A DNA stretch of 64,000 nucleotides from Bacteroidota bacterium (GTDB lineage Bacteria; Bacteroidota; Bacteroidia; Cytophagales; Cyclobacteriaceae), in the NCBI GenBank assembly GCA_027592755.1, contig JAQCLE010000005.1:11909-75908 (forward strand), in the 5' to 3' direction. A program made the position numbers and the translations under genes. Position 1 is the stretch's first letter, and the number at the start of each line of letters is the position of its first letter. Below are positions 46,226 to 56,606 of the stretch, piece after piece. A model generated the notes under the pieces. The model worked only from the letters and a program-made list of their open reading frames with translations. It did not search any database and was not told where the DNA came from.

Positions 46226-49200
46226 TTAGAACTCGTGACCGAGGGTTAGATAAAACTTCATCTTACCAACGTCGAAATTCTCGATAGGTTTAGCGAAATC
46301 AAATTTCATATAGTAGCCCATCATTACCGTTCTTAAACCTAATCCAAAACTTGCCAACCATGGGCTTTGTGAATTTCTTAGTGTCGCTTCAAATGGTGAA
46401 TTAGTAGGTTTGATGGTTACGGTATTTACGCTATTCTCACGTTTGAAAGGAGAAATACCAGTCCAGGCTGACCCAACATCATAAAAGGCGATAAACATTA
46501 GATTTCTAAAGAAATTTGATTGAATAGGGCCTCTGGTAATATATCTAATTAGAGGAATCCTCAATTCGGCACTAAATGTTATGACATTACTGCCATTGAA
46601 TTTATTATAATTGAAACCACGTAGAGGAATAAATTGATGGAATAGAATGTTGCTATTTTCCGCGTTCGTCGCCCCATTGAGAGGGTTCTGGTCTCCTTCA
46701 TTGTCTGTTTGTTTTATAAGCCAGTTATTCATTCCTCCAAGCAAGAACTCGGGGGAGTCTTTACCTAAAAATTTGCCATAAAATCCTTTAAACGACAGGG
46801 AGATTTCCCGGTGAATTTTTTGATGATGTCTCACGTCAAGAAAGAGATTTGAGAAACCATCTCTGCCGGATGATAATGATGACCATTGATGAAATCCTAA
46901 TTTTATCCGGGTTCCTTCATAGAGGTTTAAACCCTTTGTTAAGGAATTATCGAACACGGCCTCGGCTCTGAAGCCTGAAAAATAATTATTCCGATCAGGT
47001 GATGGATCTCCGATTATACTAATTTCCAACGGGTTTACTTCTAGGTATCGGGTGTTAGCGAAGAATGGAGTAAATACCAGTCTCGCTGTTGTAGTGATCG
47101 GTAATTGAACACCCAATTCGACTTTGTTAAGGATGTATTTCTGATTGGTTGTAAGATTTCTGTACAAATTGTTTCGATCGTCAACCTGATGCCATAATGA
47201 TTTCCTATCATATCGAACATTAAGATCCAATTTATATTTAAGCAATTCATATTCACCAAAGAAGTCTCCGCTTTTTAGATTTGATATTGCTAATAGACCA
47301 CCATAAAAACGCTGATCTTCGAGCATGTCGTTCATTTGTGTCTCCAATAATATCCCAAATCCTCTAAGTGGATCTATTACAAATGATGTGACAATATTTT
47401 CAGCATGGTAGCGTGTTTCATAAGGATTAGGACCAATGATTTCACTCGGTGTCTCAAATTGTCGAAAGTTTGATAAAAATGATTCAGTCTGAACCACATC
47501 ATCTTGATATTCCTCCTCATCAAAAACATAGTTTTCAGTGTCAATGATGTCCTCCAAATTAATGAGTGAGTCTGCTAATAATGGCACAAGTAATTCATTA
47601 AGCTCAGATTGAACTGGTTCAACTTCTTCCTCTAAATTCGGATCTACGGTTTCCTTTGCTCGTTCACTGAGTCTGTTACTTACAAATTTTGCCTGCTCGA
47701 TGTTTTGTCGAAATGTCTGAGGTGTAAATATGTTCTGGTTCCTATCAAAATCTTGAGTGTAATGAATATTGAACTTCCCTCTATTTAAGAGTATATAGCT
47801 AAATCCATTGGATGAGGGAACAATATCATAGTCATGAATACTGCTATTGAAATTGGATACCTGATGAAAAATATTGTCGGATATGGTGTATTTAAAAAGG
47901 TTTATAATACCTTTCTGATCGCTGAGATAGTAAATTGTATTGCTGTCAATAGGTTTTGGATGTGTGTCCTTACTCAACGTATTGGTAAGCCGACCAAGGG
48001 TTTGTGTTGTGGTGTCAAGGTCATACAGAAAAAGGTTATAATTATTGGAGATTTTCTCAAATGTCCCATCGACGTCAAGAGAGTCACTAACTCGGTTTGA
48101 ACTGAAAACCAGGGCATCTGTCCCGGGAATAAATCTTGGGTTTACATCATCATATATATCATCAGTAAGACGTCTAACAGCATTTCGCCTGAGGCTCAAT
48201 AAAAATAAATCATTCCTACCCTCAACATCAGCACTGATAATCGCAAGATTTCCGTTGCTGCTGAATCCAATATCCTTAATTTGGTTGAATTGCTGCATTG
48301 ACCTAACTACTTTGAGGCCAGTTTCAATATTATATCTGGTCAGTCGATAATAACCTCTTGAAACATCAACAATACCGAGAGTTTTTTCATCAATCCAGGA
48401 GAGTATTGGTATTTCATTGTCAATTTGTTGATTAATCAGTTGATAGCCCATTACGCTAATCTTATTGATTTTACCGGTAGCCAAATCCTTTATAAAAATT
48501 TTATACCTCCCGTTTTCGTTTTGTGAGTATGCAAGGTTGAGACCATCAGGACTCATTTTTACATTATTAAACTTCAAATCCCTTGTTCTTTTATAGATAT
48601 TGCTTCCTGGTGTTGGATCCACGTAGTTGGCAGCGATGTTTGATCCTGAATTAATATAGTAAGCTTCCCAGTCGGCCAGAAATTGACGAAATGGAATTCC
48701 AAGAGTGCTGGCAATACTATTTTGTTCATTTCGAATTATCCTGGTTAGGTTCAATACATTTGAAATATTGCTTCGTCCATATTTGAGGGTGAGATAATTC
48801 CAAATAGACTGACCTACAATTTTGGCTTCATCACCGGAAAGTTTCTTGAGTTTTTTAAATTTTTTGTGGGTAAAATAATCTCTTATGAAATCATCCATTT
48901 GGAGGTCCCACCCATAGGCAACATATAAGGCTGCACCATCCATAAACCATTCAGGAAGAGTTAACAAGTAAGCGCTCTGGAACATATCCGCCAAGCTGCC
49001 ACCAAACATCATGTCATTAATTAGCAATTTAGCAGTTCTAAAAACCAGCTCTTCTTTAAAGGAAGCCATTGTTCCGGGATATGCAATTTCCACTTGTAGT
49101 TTGATAAAGTTGGTTTGTCCGCCTATCGTGAATGGAACCTCATATAGACCTTTATTACTTTGTTGGAGATCTGTTAAGGAATTGTATAAGAAAATTTTAG

Positions 49201-49453
49201 TTTTCGTATATGGGGCATATCCTAAAAGATCGGTAATTCTGTTGAACTCCTTTTCCATGAATTCCGCGGCAATTCTGGCATTTTCTTCCCCACCATCATA
49301 GAAGTAAACATCAAAGTTTTCTGTTCCAAAGAATCTCCAATAAAGGTTTTTGTGCTGAATCCTGTTTTTCCCAAATTCTTCCTGGGTTGATTGTGCACGA
49401 ACCCCAGCCGCATAGCTTATAATTAATAAAGAAACAAAAAGGATCCTCTTCAT
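46226..49453 (-). CDS. outer-membrane protein: N-terminal alpha/beta domain, TolB-like beta-propeller and C-terminal Omp85/BamA-like beta-barrel
   Basis: The start at ATG 49453 gives the signal MKRILFVSLLIISYAAGVRAQ. The middle has propeller repeats (SPDGLNLAYSQNENGRYKIF, SSNGNLAIISADVEGRNDLF, ALVFSSNR). The C-terminus is GLGLRTVMMGYYMKFDFAKP...FYLTLGHEF, with a terminal Phe. I see no POTRA-like repeats. The domain calls are made by eye. Confidence 0.6.
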   Translation of the reverse strand: MKRILFVSLLIISYAAGVRAQSTQEEFGKNRIQHKNLYWRFFGTENFDVYFYDGGEENARIAAEFMEKEFNRITDLLGYAPYTKTKIFLYNSLTDLQQSNKGLYEVPFTIGGQTNFIKLQVEIAYPGTMASFKEELVFRTAKLLINDMMFGGSLADMFQSAYLLTLPEWFMDGAALYVAYGWDLQMDDFIRDYFTHKKFKKLKKLSGDEAKIVGQSIWNYLTLKYGRSNISNVLNLTRIIRNEQNSIASTLGIPFRQFLADWEAYYINSGSNIAANYVDPTPGSNIYKRTRDLKFNNVKMSPDGLNLAYSQNENGRYKIFIKDLATGKINKISVMGYQLINQQIDNEIPILSWIDEKTLGIVDVSRGYYRLTRYNIETGLKVVRSMQQFNQIKDIGFSSNGNLAIISADVEGRNDLFLLSLRRNAVRRLTDDIYDDVNPRFIPGTDALVFSSNRVSDSLDVDGTFEKISNNYNLFLYDLDTTTQTLGRLTNTLSKDTHPKPIDSNTIYYLSDQKGIINLFKYTISDNIFHQVSNFNSSIHDYDIVPSSNGFSYILLNRGKFNIHYTQDFDRNQNIFTPQTFRQNIEQAKFVSNRLSERAKETVDPNLEEEVEPVQSELNELLVPLLADSLINLEDIIDTENYVFDEEEYQDDVVQTESFLSNFRQFETPSEIIGPNPYETRYHAENIVTSFVIDPLRGFGILLETQMNDMLEDQRFYGGLLAISNLKSGDFFGEYELLKYKLDLNVRYDRKSLWHQVDDRNNLYRNLTTNQKYILNKVELGVQLPITTTARLVFTPFFANTRYLEVNPLEISIIGDPSPDRNNYFSGFRAEAVFDNSLTKGLNLYEGTRIKLGFHQWSSLSSGRDGFSNLFLDVRHHQKIHREISLSFKGFYGKFLGKDSPEFLLGGMNNWLIKQTDNEGDQNPLNGATNAENSNILFHQFIPLRGFNYNKFNGSNVITFSAELRIPLIRYITRGPIQSNFFRNLMFIAFYDVGSAWTGISPFKRENSVNTVTIKPTNSPFEATLRNSQSPWLASFGLGLRTVMMGYYMKFDFAKPIENFDVGKMKFYLTLGHEF

Positions 49454-49470
49454 TGCCTGATCAAATCTCA

Positions 49471-50517
49471 TTAAAATAGTGAATAATAGCGATTGATGCT
49501 TACTGCCGGGTTGAGGTTTTCATTGTGTTCCAAATGCTTGTAAAAATGTTCAGCGCAGTAGGGGGTTAATGATACACCTTTGGATCCAAAACCATTAAAA
49601 GTACATAATGTTTGGAATTCTGGATGCATTCCAATGAATGGACGTCTATCGGGCGTAGCGGGGCGGAGGCCAACATATCGCTCAATGATTTCAAAATCTC
49701 CATCTACAAGCTCGTTAAACTTATTTTTAAGAAAAGCTTCTGCCTCAATTGTTGGCGCTTCAGAAAGGTCGTTCCAGTCGTAAGTAGCGCCAACTTTAAT
49801 TGTGCCGTCTGATTGTGGGATCAAAAATATTCCTCTGTTTAGAATAAAATTCAAATTCAGATTGTTCTTTATTTTTAAAATTACGCCTTTGACTGGTTTG
49901 AAGGGCAACCAGTCAAAAAAACTTATCGGTGATATTCCTGTACAGAATACAATTTTTGAGGCACTTATCCCCCTGTAGATGACACTGTTTTTGCGGATTT
50001 CGAGAGAATCTTTTTCGAAAATCCCCTCAGTATATGAATTCGAACTATTGAACTTAGCCCTACAGGCATCTAAAAGTGAATTGATATCCACAAAACCAGA
50101 TGGTTTGAGTGATATTCCTCCGATTGGATCTCTAATGTTTTCCTTTGCCGATTTGTAGGTGATTGACTCAATATATAGGGTATAAATAGGATCAGATGCC
50201 CTTATTTGCCAGTCATTTTGCTCAGAGACATCAAAAAATGGCCGATAAATTTTTATTGGGTATAGGAACGACTTCTCCGCCCAAAGTTCCAGCTGGCGAT
50301 AGAAATGTTCCAAACCCGTAAATATTTCATCAGCTTTCCAGGTTTTGACCATGTTTCTCCCCGTGATAGGATTATACAAACCGGCTGCCACTCTTGACGA
50401 AGTATTGATCTTTTCCTGATTGAATATATGGACGGTTTTTCCGGCCTTGATAAGAGTATAAGCCAGTATCGAACCGGCAAGCCCCTGTCCAATTATGATG
50501 TAGTCGACATTCTTCAA
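49471..50517 (-). CDS. FAD-dependent oxidoreductase (DAO/glycine-oxidase-like family)
   Basis: It has the dinucleotide motif DYIIIGQGLAGS near the N-terminus. I prefer the TTG at 50517 (MKNVDYIIIGQG) over the track start at 50583, which leaves only 10 nt to the divergent gene. Confidence 0.75.
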   Translation of the reverse strand: MKNVDYIIIGQGLAGSILAYTLIKAGKTVHIFNQEKINTSSRVAAGLYNPITGRNMVKTWKADEIFTGLEHFYRQLELWAEKSFLYPIKIYRPFFDVSEQNDWQIRASDPIYTLYIESITYKSAKENIRDPIGGISLKPSGFVDINSLLDACRAKFNSSNSYTEGIFEKDSLEIRKNSVIYRGISASKIVFCTGISPISFFDWLPFKPVKGVILKIKNNLNLNFILNRGIFLIPQSDGTIKVGATYDWNDLSEAPTIEAEAFLKNKFNELVDGDFEIIERYVGLRPATPDRRPFIGMHPEFQTLCTFNGFGSKGVSLTPYCAEHFYKHLEHNENLNPAVSINRYYSLF

Positions 50518-50593
50518 AATTTGAAAAAATATTAGTCCGATTGAATTTTGATCAATTATAGACCAAATTTGCAAGCTCACCATAAACCCCGAT

Positions 50594-51256
50594 ATGATTC
50601 AAATCAAATCCTTTGAATTCAATGACTTTGCAGAAAACACATACATTTTGTATGACGAAACATGTGAATGTGTCATAATTGATCCTGGGTGTTATAACAT
50701 TTCCGAAAAAAATCAACTTCAGGGCTTTATTGAAGATAGGAAGCTTAAAGTCGTTAAACTCTTAAACACTCATTGCCATATCGACCATGTTTTGGGAAAT
50801 GCTTTTGTTAAGGAGACTTATGACGTTAGTCTTATAATACACCCGAAAGATGAAGTAACACTAGAGGCAGTAAAAGTTTATGCTCCGGTATACGGATTCA
50901 ATAATTATGAAGAAGCCAAGGCTGATGGATTTATGGTGGAGGGAGATCAATTGACATTCGGCAGTTCAATCCTGAATGTAATTTTTGTACCGGGGCATGC
51001 CCCTGGCCATGTGGCTTTTGTTAGTGAAAACCAACAATTTTGTATCGGAGGCGATGTGTTGTTTCTGAAGAGCATTGGAAGAACTGATTTACCTGGCGGG
51101 GATTTGGATACGTTAATCGAAAGCATTCATCAAAAAATGTTCATCCTAGACGACGCCACAGTAGTTTATCCAGGTCATGGTCCAACTACGAAAATTGGGG
51201 CCGAGAAGCTTTATAATCCATATTGTGCAATTGCTACCAAAAGAGGTGAAATTTAA
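50594..51256 (+). CDS. MBL-fold metallo-hydrolase (glyoxalase II-like)
   Basis: 220 aa with the HCHIDH (HxHxDH) motif, then PGHAPGH, GRTDLPGGD and YPGHG. Confidence 0.85.
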   Translation: MIQIKSFEFNDFAENTYILYDETCECVIIDPGCYNISEKNQLQGFIEDRKLKVVKLLNTHCHIDHVLGNAFVKETYDVSLIIHPKDEVTLEAVKVYAPVYGFNNYEEAKADGFMVEGDQLTFGSSILNVIFVPGHAPGHVAFVSENQQFCIGGDVLFLKSIGRTDLPGGDLDTLIESIHQKMFILDDATVVYPGHGPTTKIGAEKLYNPYCAIATKRGEI

Positions 51257-51929
51257 ACGGCACATTCCCAATTTTTTCACGAGTCTAAATCTTCTAACCG
51301 GTTGCGTAGGGATAGTATATATCAGTCATGGTGATATTGAATCAGCTCCATATTTCGTCTTGGGCGGAGCTTTTTTTGACTTCCTCGATGGTTTTGTTGC
51401 AAGAATTTTAAATGTATTCTCTGATGTAGGTAAGGAATTGGATTCACTGGCAGACATGGTGACTTTTGGTGTTCTGCCATCGATCTTTCTTTTTGAAATG
51501 TTAAAACGATCTGGAAGCAATGAAATCCTGCCATTTATTGCGTTTTCGGTTGCCGTTTTTGCAGCCCTACGCCTGGCTAAATTTAATGTTGATACTTTGC
51601 AGCGAGACGTTTTTATCGGTTTACCGACCCCTGCTTGTGCGATTTTTTTAACAGGTTTAATATTTTTAGATAATTCATACTCTGCCTTGATAAGCAACAC
51701 TTCTTTTCTAATTGTTGTTATAGTAGTGTTTTCACTTGTTATGGTCTCACCAATAAAGTTTGTTGCATTAAAATTTAAATCCCGTAATATGATGGGAAAC
51801 GAAGCCAAAATTGTTTTGATGGTTGGAGCGTTGATTTTGGGGACTCTATTCGGAATCGAATCAATATCAGCATTAGTTATTTGGTATATGATAGTTTCTT
51901 TTGTGAGCGGCGCCTATTCTAAGATTTGA
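51246..51929 (+). CDS. pssA: CDP-diacylglycerol--serine O-phosphatidyltransferase
   Basis: It has the CDP-alcohol phosphotransferase motif DFLDGFVARILNVFSDVGKELDSLADMV. I chose the GTG at 51246 (MKFKRHIPNFFTSLNLL). The track ORF start at 51177 lies inside the MBL gene. Confidence 0.85.
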   Translation: MKFKRHIPNFFTSLNLLTGCVGIVYISHGDIESAPYFVLGGAFFDFLDGFVARILNVFSDVGKELDSLADMVTFGVLPSIFLFEMLKRSGSNEILPFIAFSVAVFAALRLAKFNVDTLQRDVFIGLPTPACAIFLTGLIFLDNSYSALISNTSFLIVVIVVFSLVMVSPIKFVALKFKSRNMMGNEAKIVLMVGALILGTLFGIESISALVIWYMIVSFVSGAYSKI

Positions 51930-51947
51930 AACCTCAATATTTCTTCT

Positions 51948-54900
51948 TTGACATCGTTGAAAATGTCGAAGTCCATAACTAATGAATTGAGCAAGCTAAA
52001 AATCATATCATTGTTAGTAATCCATTCCTTGGGGTATTCGATCTCCCAGGCACAGAATAGTGTTCTTTCATCAAATTCCTGGTATAAAATAGCTGTAACC
52101 GAACCAGGAATTTATCGCATTGACAGTGATTTTTTAAGAGATATAGGAATCAATACTACTTCCATTGATCCGAGGAATATTGGTTTGTTCGGATACGGTG
52201 GAGGAATGCTTCCTCAGGAAAATAATGCCTCGCGTAATCAGGATTTACCTGAGAATGCAATTTTCGTCTCTGGGGAAGGTGATGGTCAGTTTGGAAATAA
52301 CGATTTTATCCTTTTTTATGGCCAGACCCCTGATCTTGCGGGGTATAGTCCTGAAGGTATGCTGCAATATTCAAAGAATTTATACTCAGATACGACATTC
52401 TATTTCATTCGCATTGGTGGCAATCCGGGGAAGCGCTTGACTACAATTTCTAATGAGGGGCTTGATCATCCCAGGATTAATTCTTTCGATGATTTCATGT
52501 ATCACGAAGAAGACAGGATAAACATGTTGTCAACCGGGAGAGAGTGGTATGAAAGGGCCCTTAACTCAATCTCCAGAGAATTGGAGATTGAATTTGAAGT
52601 GGATGGAATCTTGCCATTGAGTACCATTCAGCTCAGATCAGCTGTGATGGCACAATCGTTCGGCCAATCAAGTTTTGATCTAACGATTAATGGCATACAG
52701 GTTGGGAACCAGGTGATCGCCCCGATACCTGAGGGGACATATGATATTAAGGGATCAGATCATGTAAATGTATTTTCAATCCCTGTTTCTGATATTCCAT
52801 CTTCTGAGAGCATTTTGATGCTTAGTTATAAATTCAACCCAGCGTCCTCAGGATCATCAACTGGTTATTTTAACAATGTGCTGATAGAGTTTCGACGGAA
52901 TCTTAAACTTTATAATAACCAGACCATGTTCAGATCTGTCGAAAGTCTGTCGAATCCATTTTCGACTTATGAGATAAGTACAGGTACGGAGAGTATTCAA
53001 ATTTGGGATATAACTGATCCACAGAATGCACTGAACCAGGAGTTCGATACCGATGGAAGTGGAAAAGTCAAATTTGGAGCATCATCCGCAACATTACGTG
53101 AGTTTATCATCTTGCAAGGCAGTGATTTTCAAAAACCAATTCCCATTGGAGAGGTGCCTTCTCAAAACCTGCATGGTCTAAGCATCCCGGATGGGTTGAT
53201 TGTAACTCATCCGAGATTTATATCAGAAGCCCGGAGATTGGCAAATTTCAGGTCTTCAAATGACAACCTCAAGGTTGAAGTCGTGACTACAGAAGAAATC
53301 TATAATGAGTTTTCAAGTGGTAGACAGGATATTTCTGCAATCAGGGATTTTGTAAAATACATGTATCGTGGGAGTAGCAATTTGCGTTATGTCTTGCTCT
53401 TCGGAGATGGCTCTTATGACTACAAAAAGAGGGCTATTGTCGATACTAATTTTGTTCCCATTTATGAGGCGAGAAATTCACTTCATCCCATTTTTAGTTA
53501 CAGTTCCGACGATTACTTTGCTATTCTGGATGATGACGAAGGGTTTTGGGAAGAATCTGAAGCTGGTGATCATTTGCTCGATATTGGTGTTGGCAGATTA
53601 CCAGTCAAAACTTTAAAAGAGGCTAATATTGTAGTCGATAAATTAATTGATTATGCAATCAAGGAATCATCTTTAGGCAGTTGGAGGAATGAGGTGGTTT
53701 TTGTCGCTGATGACGGTGATTTCAATATCCATCAAAGAGATGCGGATAATCTTGCAACTTTTGTTGATCAGCAATTTCCGGCTTATAACCCAAACAAAAT
53801 TTACCTCGATGCTTTTACCCAGGTAGCTTTACCTAATGGAGTAGAGACTGCAAAAGGCGTTACAGACGCTATAAATGAAGCCATTACCCAAGGCTCACTT
53901 ATATTTAATTTTACGGGCCATGGCAATGAAAATCTTTGGTGTCAGGAAGGTATCCTGAATCAATCTATCATTTCAGGATGGACAAACCGGGATAGGATGC
54001 CTTTGTTCATCACGGCGACATGCGAATTCGGGCGATATGATAATCCTGATCTTCTTTCCGGAGGAGAATTATTGGTACTCAGCGAAAAAGGAGGGGCGAT
54101 TGCTTTATTAACTACTTCAAGGCCTGTCTTTTCCAATACTAACTTTCTTCTGAATGAAGCTTTTTACAACAATGTGTTCAAAAAAATAGATGGGCAATTT
54201 CCAAGATTGGGAGACATTATCAAAGGTACAAAGAATGAAAGCCTCAGGGGACCGGTAAACAGGGGATTTGCCTTATTGGGAGATCCAATGATGATTCTCG
54301 CTTATCCAAAATATAACATCATTATCACGGAGTTAAATGGGCGATCATTGAATGCCGAGGGCGATACAATAAAAGCCCAGACACTCACAAGTATTAAAGG
54401 AGAAATAGTAGATAATGAAAGAATATTACAAACTTCATTTAATGGAATACTATCAGCCACAGTATTTGACAAGCCAACGGAGAAGACTACATTGGGAAAC
54501 GAGAGTAACCCGACGATTTTTGAGGAGCGAACCAGTGCAATCTTTCGAGGAGATGTTTCTATTGTAAATGGGAAATTAAAGTTGGATTTCGTAGTTCCAA
54601 AAAATATTTCCTACATCATCAAGGAAGGAAAGATCAGCTTTTATGCAAAATCATCAGGTTTGATTGATGCCAATGGCGCTAATATTGAATTGAAAATAGG
54701 TGGTAGTGCCGATGAAGTCACCAAAGATGACACACCTCCTGAAATGGAAATCTACCTGAATGATGATTCTTTTATTTCAGGTGATGAAATCGGCCCAAAT
54801 CCACTACTGATTGCCAAATTTTTTGATGATAACGGAATCAATATTTCAGAAATTGGTATAGGTCAAAATATAAGTGCAAGGCTGGACAACGGGGATCCAA

Positions 54901-55382
54901 TCAATCTAAATCCATTTTATCGAGCTGAATTAGACAATTATCAGCGAGGTGTATTAAGGTATCCGCTAAGTGAATTAGAAGAAGGACGGCATTCATTGAT
55001 AATTAAAGCATTTGATACACATAATAATGGGACTGAAAGAACTATTGAATTTTTTGTCACTGCAGATGCTAAAAACAGGATTTCAAACGTTATAAATTAT
55101 CCTAACCCTGTTTCGGATAGGACAACTTTTTTGTTTTCTCATCAACACATAAGTGAGAACCTGAAAATTGTTATACGAGTGTTTAATTTAAAAGGTGATA
55201 TTGTGAGAATTCTTAAGGCTGAGGTTTTTGATACAACGGGAACAATTGATGCTCTCAGTTGGGATCGAACAGATGAAAATGGCAGCCGTGTAGATAATGG
55301 AATCTATTTATACCAAATTGTTGTTCAATCGATTGACGGTGCCATAGGGCTGGCACATCAAAAATTGATCGTTATTGACTAA
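51948..55382 (+). CDS. porU: T9SS C-terminal signal peptidase/sortase PorU (peptidase C25 family)
   Basis: 1144 aa, starting at TTG 51948 or ATG 51963. It is gingipain-like (FNFTGHGNE...FITATCEFGRYD, the His/Cys dyad context) and has its own type-A CTD (VINYPNPVSDRTTFLF...GIYLYQIVVQ). It lies directly upstream of porV. Confidence 0.85.
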   Translation: MTSLKMSKSITNELSKLKIISLLVIHSLGYSISQAQNSVLSSNSWYKIAVTEPGIYRIDSDFLRDIGINTTSIDPRNIGLFGYGGGMLPQENNASRNQDLPENAIFVSGEGDGQFGNNDFILFYGQTPDLAGYSPEGMLQYSKNLYSDTTFYFIRIGGNPGKRLTTISNEGLDHPRINSFDDFMYHEEDRINMLSTGREWYERALNSISRELEIEFEVDGILPLSTIQLRSAVMAQSFGQSSFDLTINGIQVGNQVIAPIPEGTYDIKGSDHVNVFSIPVSDIPSSESILMLSYKFNPASSGSSTGYFNNVLIEFRRNLKLYNNQTMFRSVESLSNPFSTYEISTGTESIQIWDITDPQNALNQEFDTDGSGKVKFGASSATLREFIILQGSDFQKPIPIGEVPSQNLHGLSIPDGLIVTHPRFISEARRLANFRSSNDNLKVEVVTTEEIYNEFSSGRQDISAIRDFVKYMYRGSSNLRYVLLFGDGSYDYKKRAIVDTNFVPIYEARNSLHPIFSYSSDDYFAILDDDEGFWEESEAGDHLLDIGVGRLPVKTLKEANIVVDKLIDYAIKESSLGSWRNEVVFVADDGDFNIHQRDADNLATFVDQQFPAYNPNKIYLDAFTQVALPNGVETAKGVTDAINEAITQGSLIFNFTGHGNENLWCQEGILNQSIISGWTNRDRMPLFITATCEFGRYDNPDLLSGGELLVLSEKGGAIALLTTSRPVFSNTNFLLNEAFYNNVFKKIDGQFPRLGDIIKGTKNESLRGPVNRGFALLGDPMMILAYPKYNIIITELNGRSLNAEGDTIKAQTLTSIKGEIVDNERILQTSFNGILSATVFDKPTEKTTLGNESNPTIFEERTSAIFRGDVSIVNGKLKLDFVVPKNISYIIKEGKISFYAKSSGLIDANGANIELKIGGSADEVTKDDTPPEMEIYLNDDSFISGDEIGPNPLLIAKFFDDNGINISEIGIGQNISARLDNGDPINLNPFYRAELDNYQRGVLRYPLSELEEGRHSLIIKAFDTHNNGTERTIEFFVTADAKNRISNVINYPNPVSDRTTFLFSHQHISENLKIVIRVFNLKGDIVRILKAEVFDTTGTIDALSWDRTDENGSRVDNGIYLYQIVVQSIDGAIGLAHQKLIVID

Positions 55383-55403
55383 TTTTGAACCAATTTTATA
55401 GGA

Positions 55404-56600
55404 ATGCCAAGAATAAATATTTGTTTTTTTATCCTTTTTCTGGGCGTAGGCACTTTATCAAAAGCCCAAAGTCGGGTGATTGCGGGCCAGAATGACAGGA
55501 GGGCGATAACAACCGCGGTGCCATTCGTCAGCTTTGCTCCTGATGCAAGAGGTGCCGCGTTGGGAGATGCTGGAGTAGCTACTTCACCGGACGTCAATTC
55601 AATCCATTGGAATAATGCCAAACTTGCATTTATTGACAATGACTATGGTTTTTCTGTAGCCTATACCCCGTGGCTCGGGAAGATTGTGAATGATATGTAT
55701 GTTTCTTACGTCTCTGGTTATAAGCGTATTGATCGATTACAAACGGTTGCTGTATCTTTGAGATATTTCGATTTGGGTGATATTTTTCTTCGCGATGAAA
55801 TCGGTCTGGATTTGGGAGTTCATAACCCAAGAGAATGGGCAGTTGATGCTACATATTCTCGTAAGTTGAGTGAAAATTTGAGTATTGGCGTTACTACTCG
55901 ATTTATCAGGTCTAATTTATCAGGCCGGTTTTCAACTTCTCAGGATGCCAAAGCCGGGACCAGTGTAGCCGTAGATCTGGGGGTTTATTATACAAAAGAT
56001 ATATTTTTCTCAGGGAAAAACTCCACTATCTCATTTGGTGGTCACATATCAAATTTTGGTTCAAAGGTTACCTATAGCAACGCAAGCAACGAAGACTTTA
56101 TCCCAACTAATCTTCGGTTAGGGGTGGCATTTAAAACAGACCTTGATCCATATAATTCATTCACTTTCGTATTTGATGTCAATAAGTTGATGGTGCCTTC
56201 ACCCCCCATTTACGAGGAAGATCCTAATAATCCCGGTGTATTTATCAGAACTGCCGGTAAGAACCCAAACCGCAGTTTGATAAGTGGTACTTTCGGTTCA
56301 TTCGGAGATGCTCCTGATGGGTTTATCGAAGAAATGAAAGAAATCAATTTCTCAACCGGCATTGAATATTGGTATAAAGACCTAGCCGCTTTCAGGACTG
56401 GGTATTTTCATGAGAGCTATGATAAGGGGAACAGGAAGTTCATAACCGTTGGTGTTGGTTTCAGGTACCAGGTTTTTGGAGTTGACTTTGCCTATCTCAT
56501 TCCAACTCAAATAAATCATCCGTTAGCAGAAACCCTCCGATTCTCACTGCTATTTAACTTCGCAGGGAAAGAGACCGTCGAAACAGATTCTGGTTCCTAA
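55404..56600 (+). CDS. porV: T9SS outer-membrane shuttle/channel protein PorV (LptO)
   Basis: 398 aa with the N-terminus AITTAVPFVSFAPDARGAALGDAGVATSPDVNSIHWNNAKLAF, which is characteristic of PorV. It has FadL-like barrel strands to the C-terminus. Confidence 0.88.
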   Translation: MPRINICFFILFLGVGTLSKAQSRVIAGQNDRRAITTAVPFVSFAPDARGAALGDAGVATSPDVNSIHWNNAKLAFIDNDYGFSVAYTPWLGKIVNDMYVSYVSGYKRIDRLQTVAVSLRYFDLGDIFLRDEIGLDLGVHNPREWAVDATYSRKLSENLSIGVTTRFIRSNLSGRFSTSQDAKAGTSVAVDLGVYYTKDIFFSGKNSTISFGGHISNFGSKVTYSNASNEDFIPTNLRLGVAFKTDLDPYNSFTFVFDVNKLMVPSPPIYEEDPNNPGVFIRTAGKNPNRSLISGTFGSFGDAPDGFIEEMKEINFSTGIEYWYKDLAAFRTGYFHESYDKGNRKFITVGVGFRYQVFGVDFAYLIPTQINHPLAETLRFSLLFNFAGKETVETDSGS

Positions 56601-56606
56601 ACCAAC

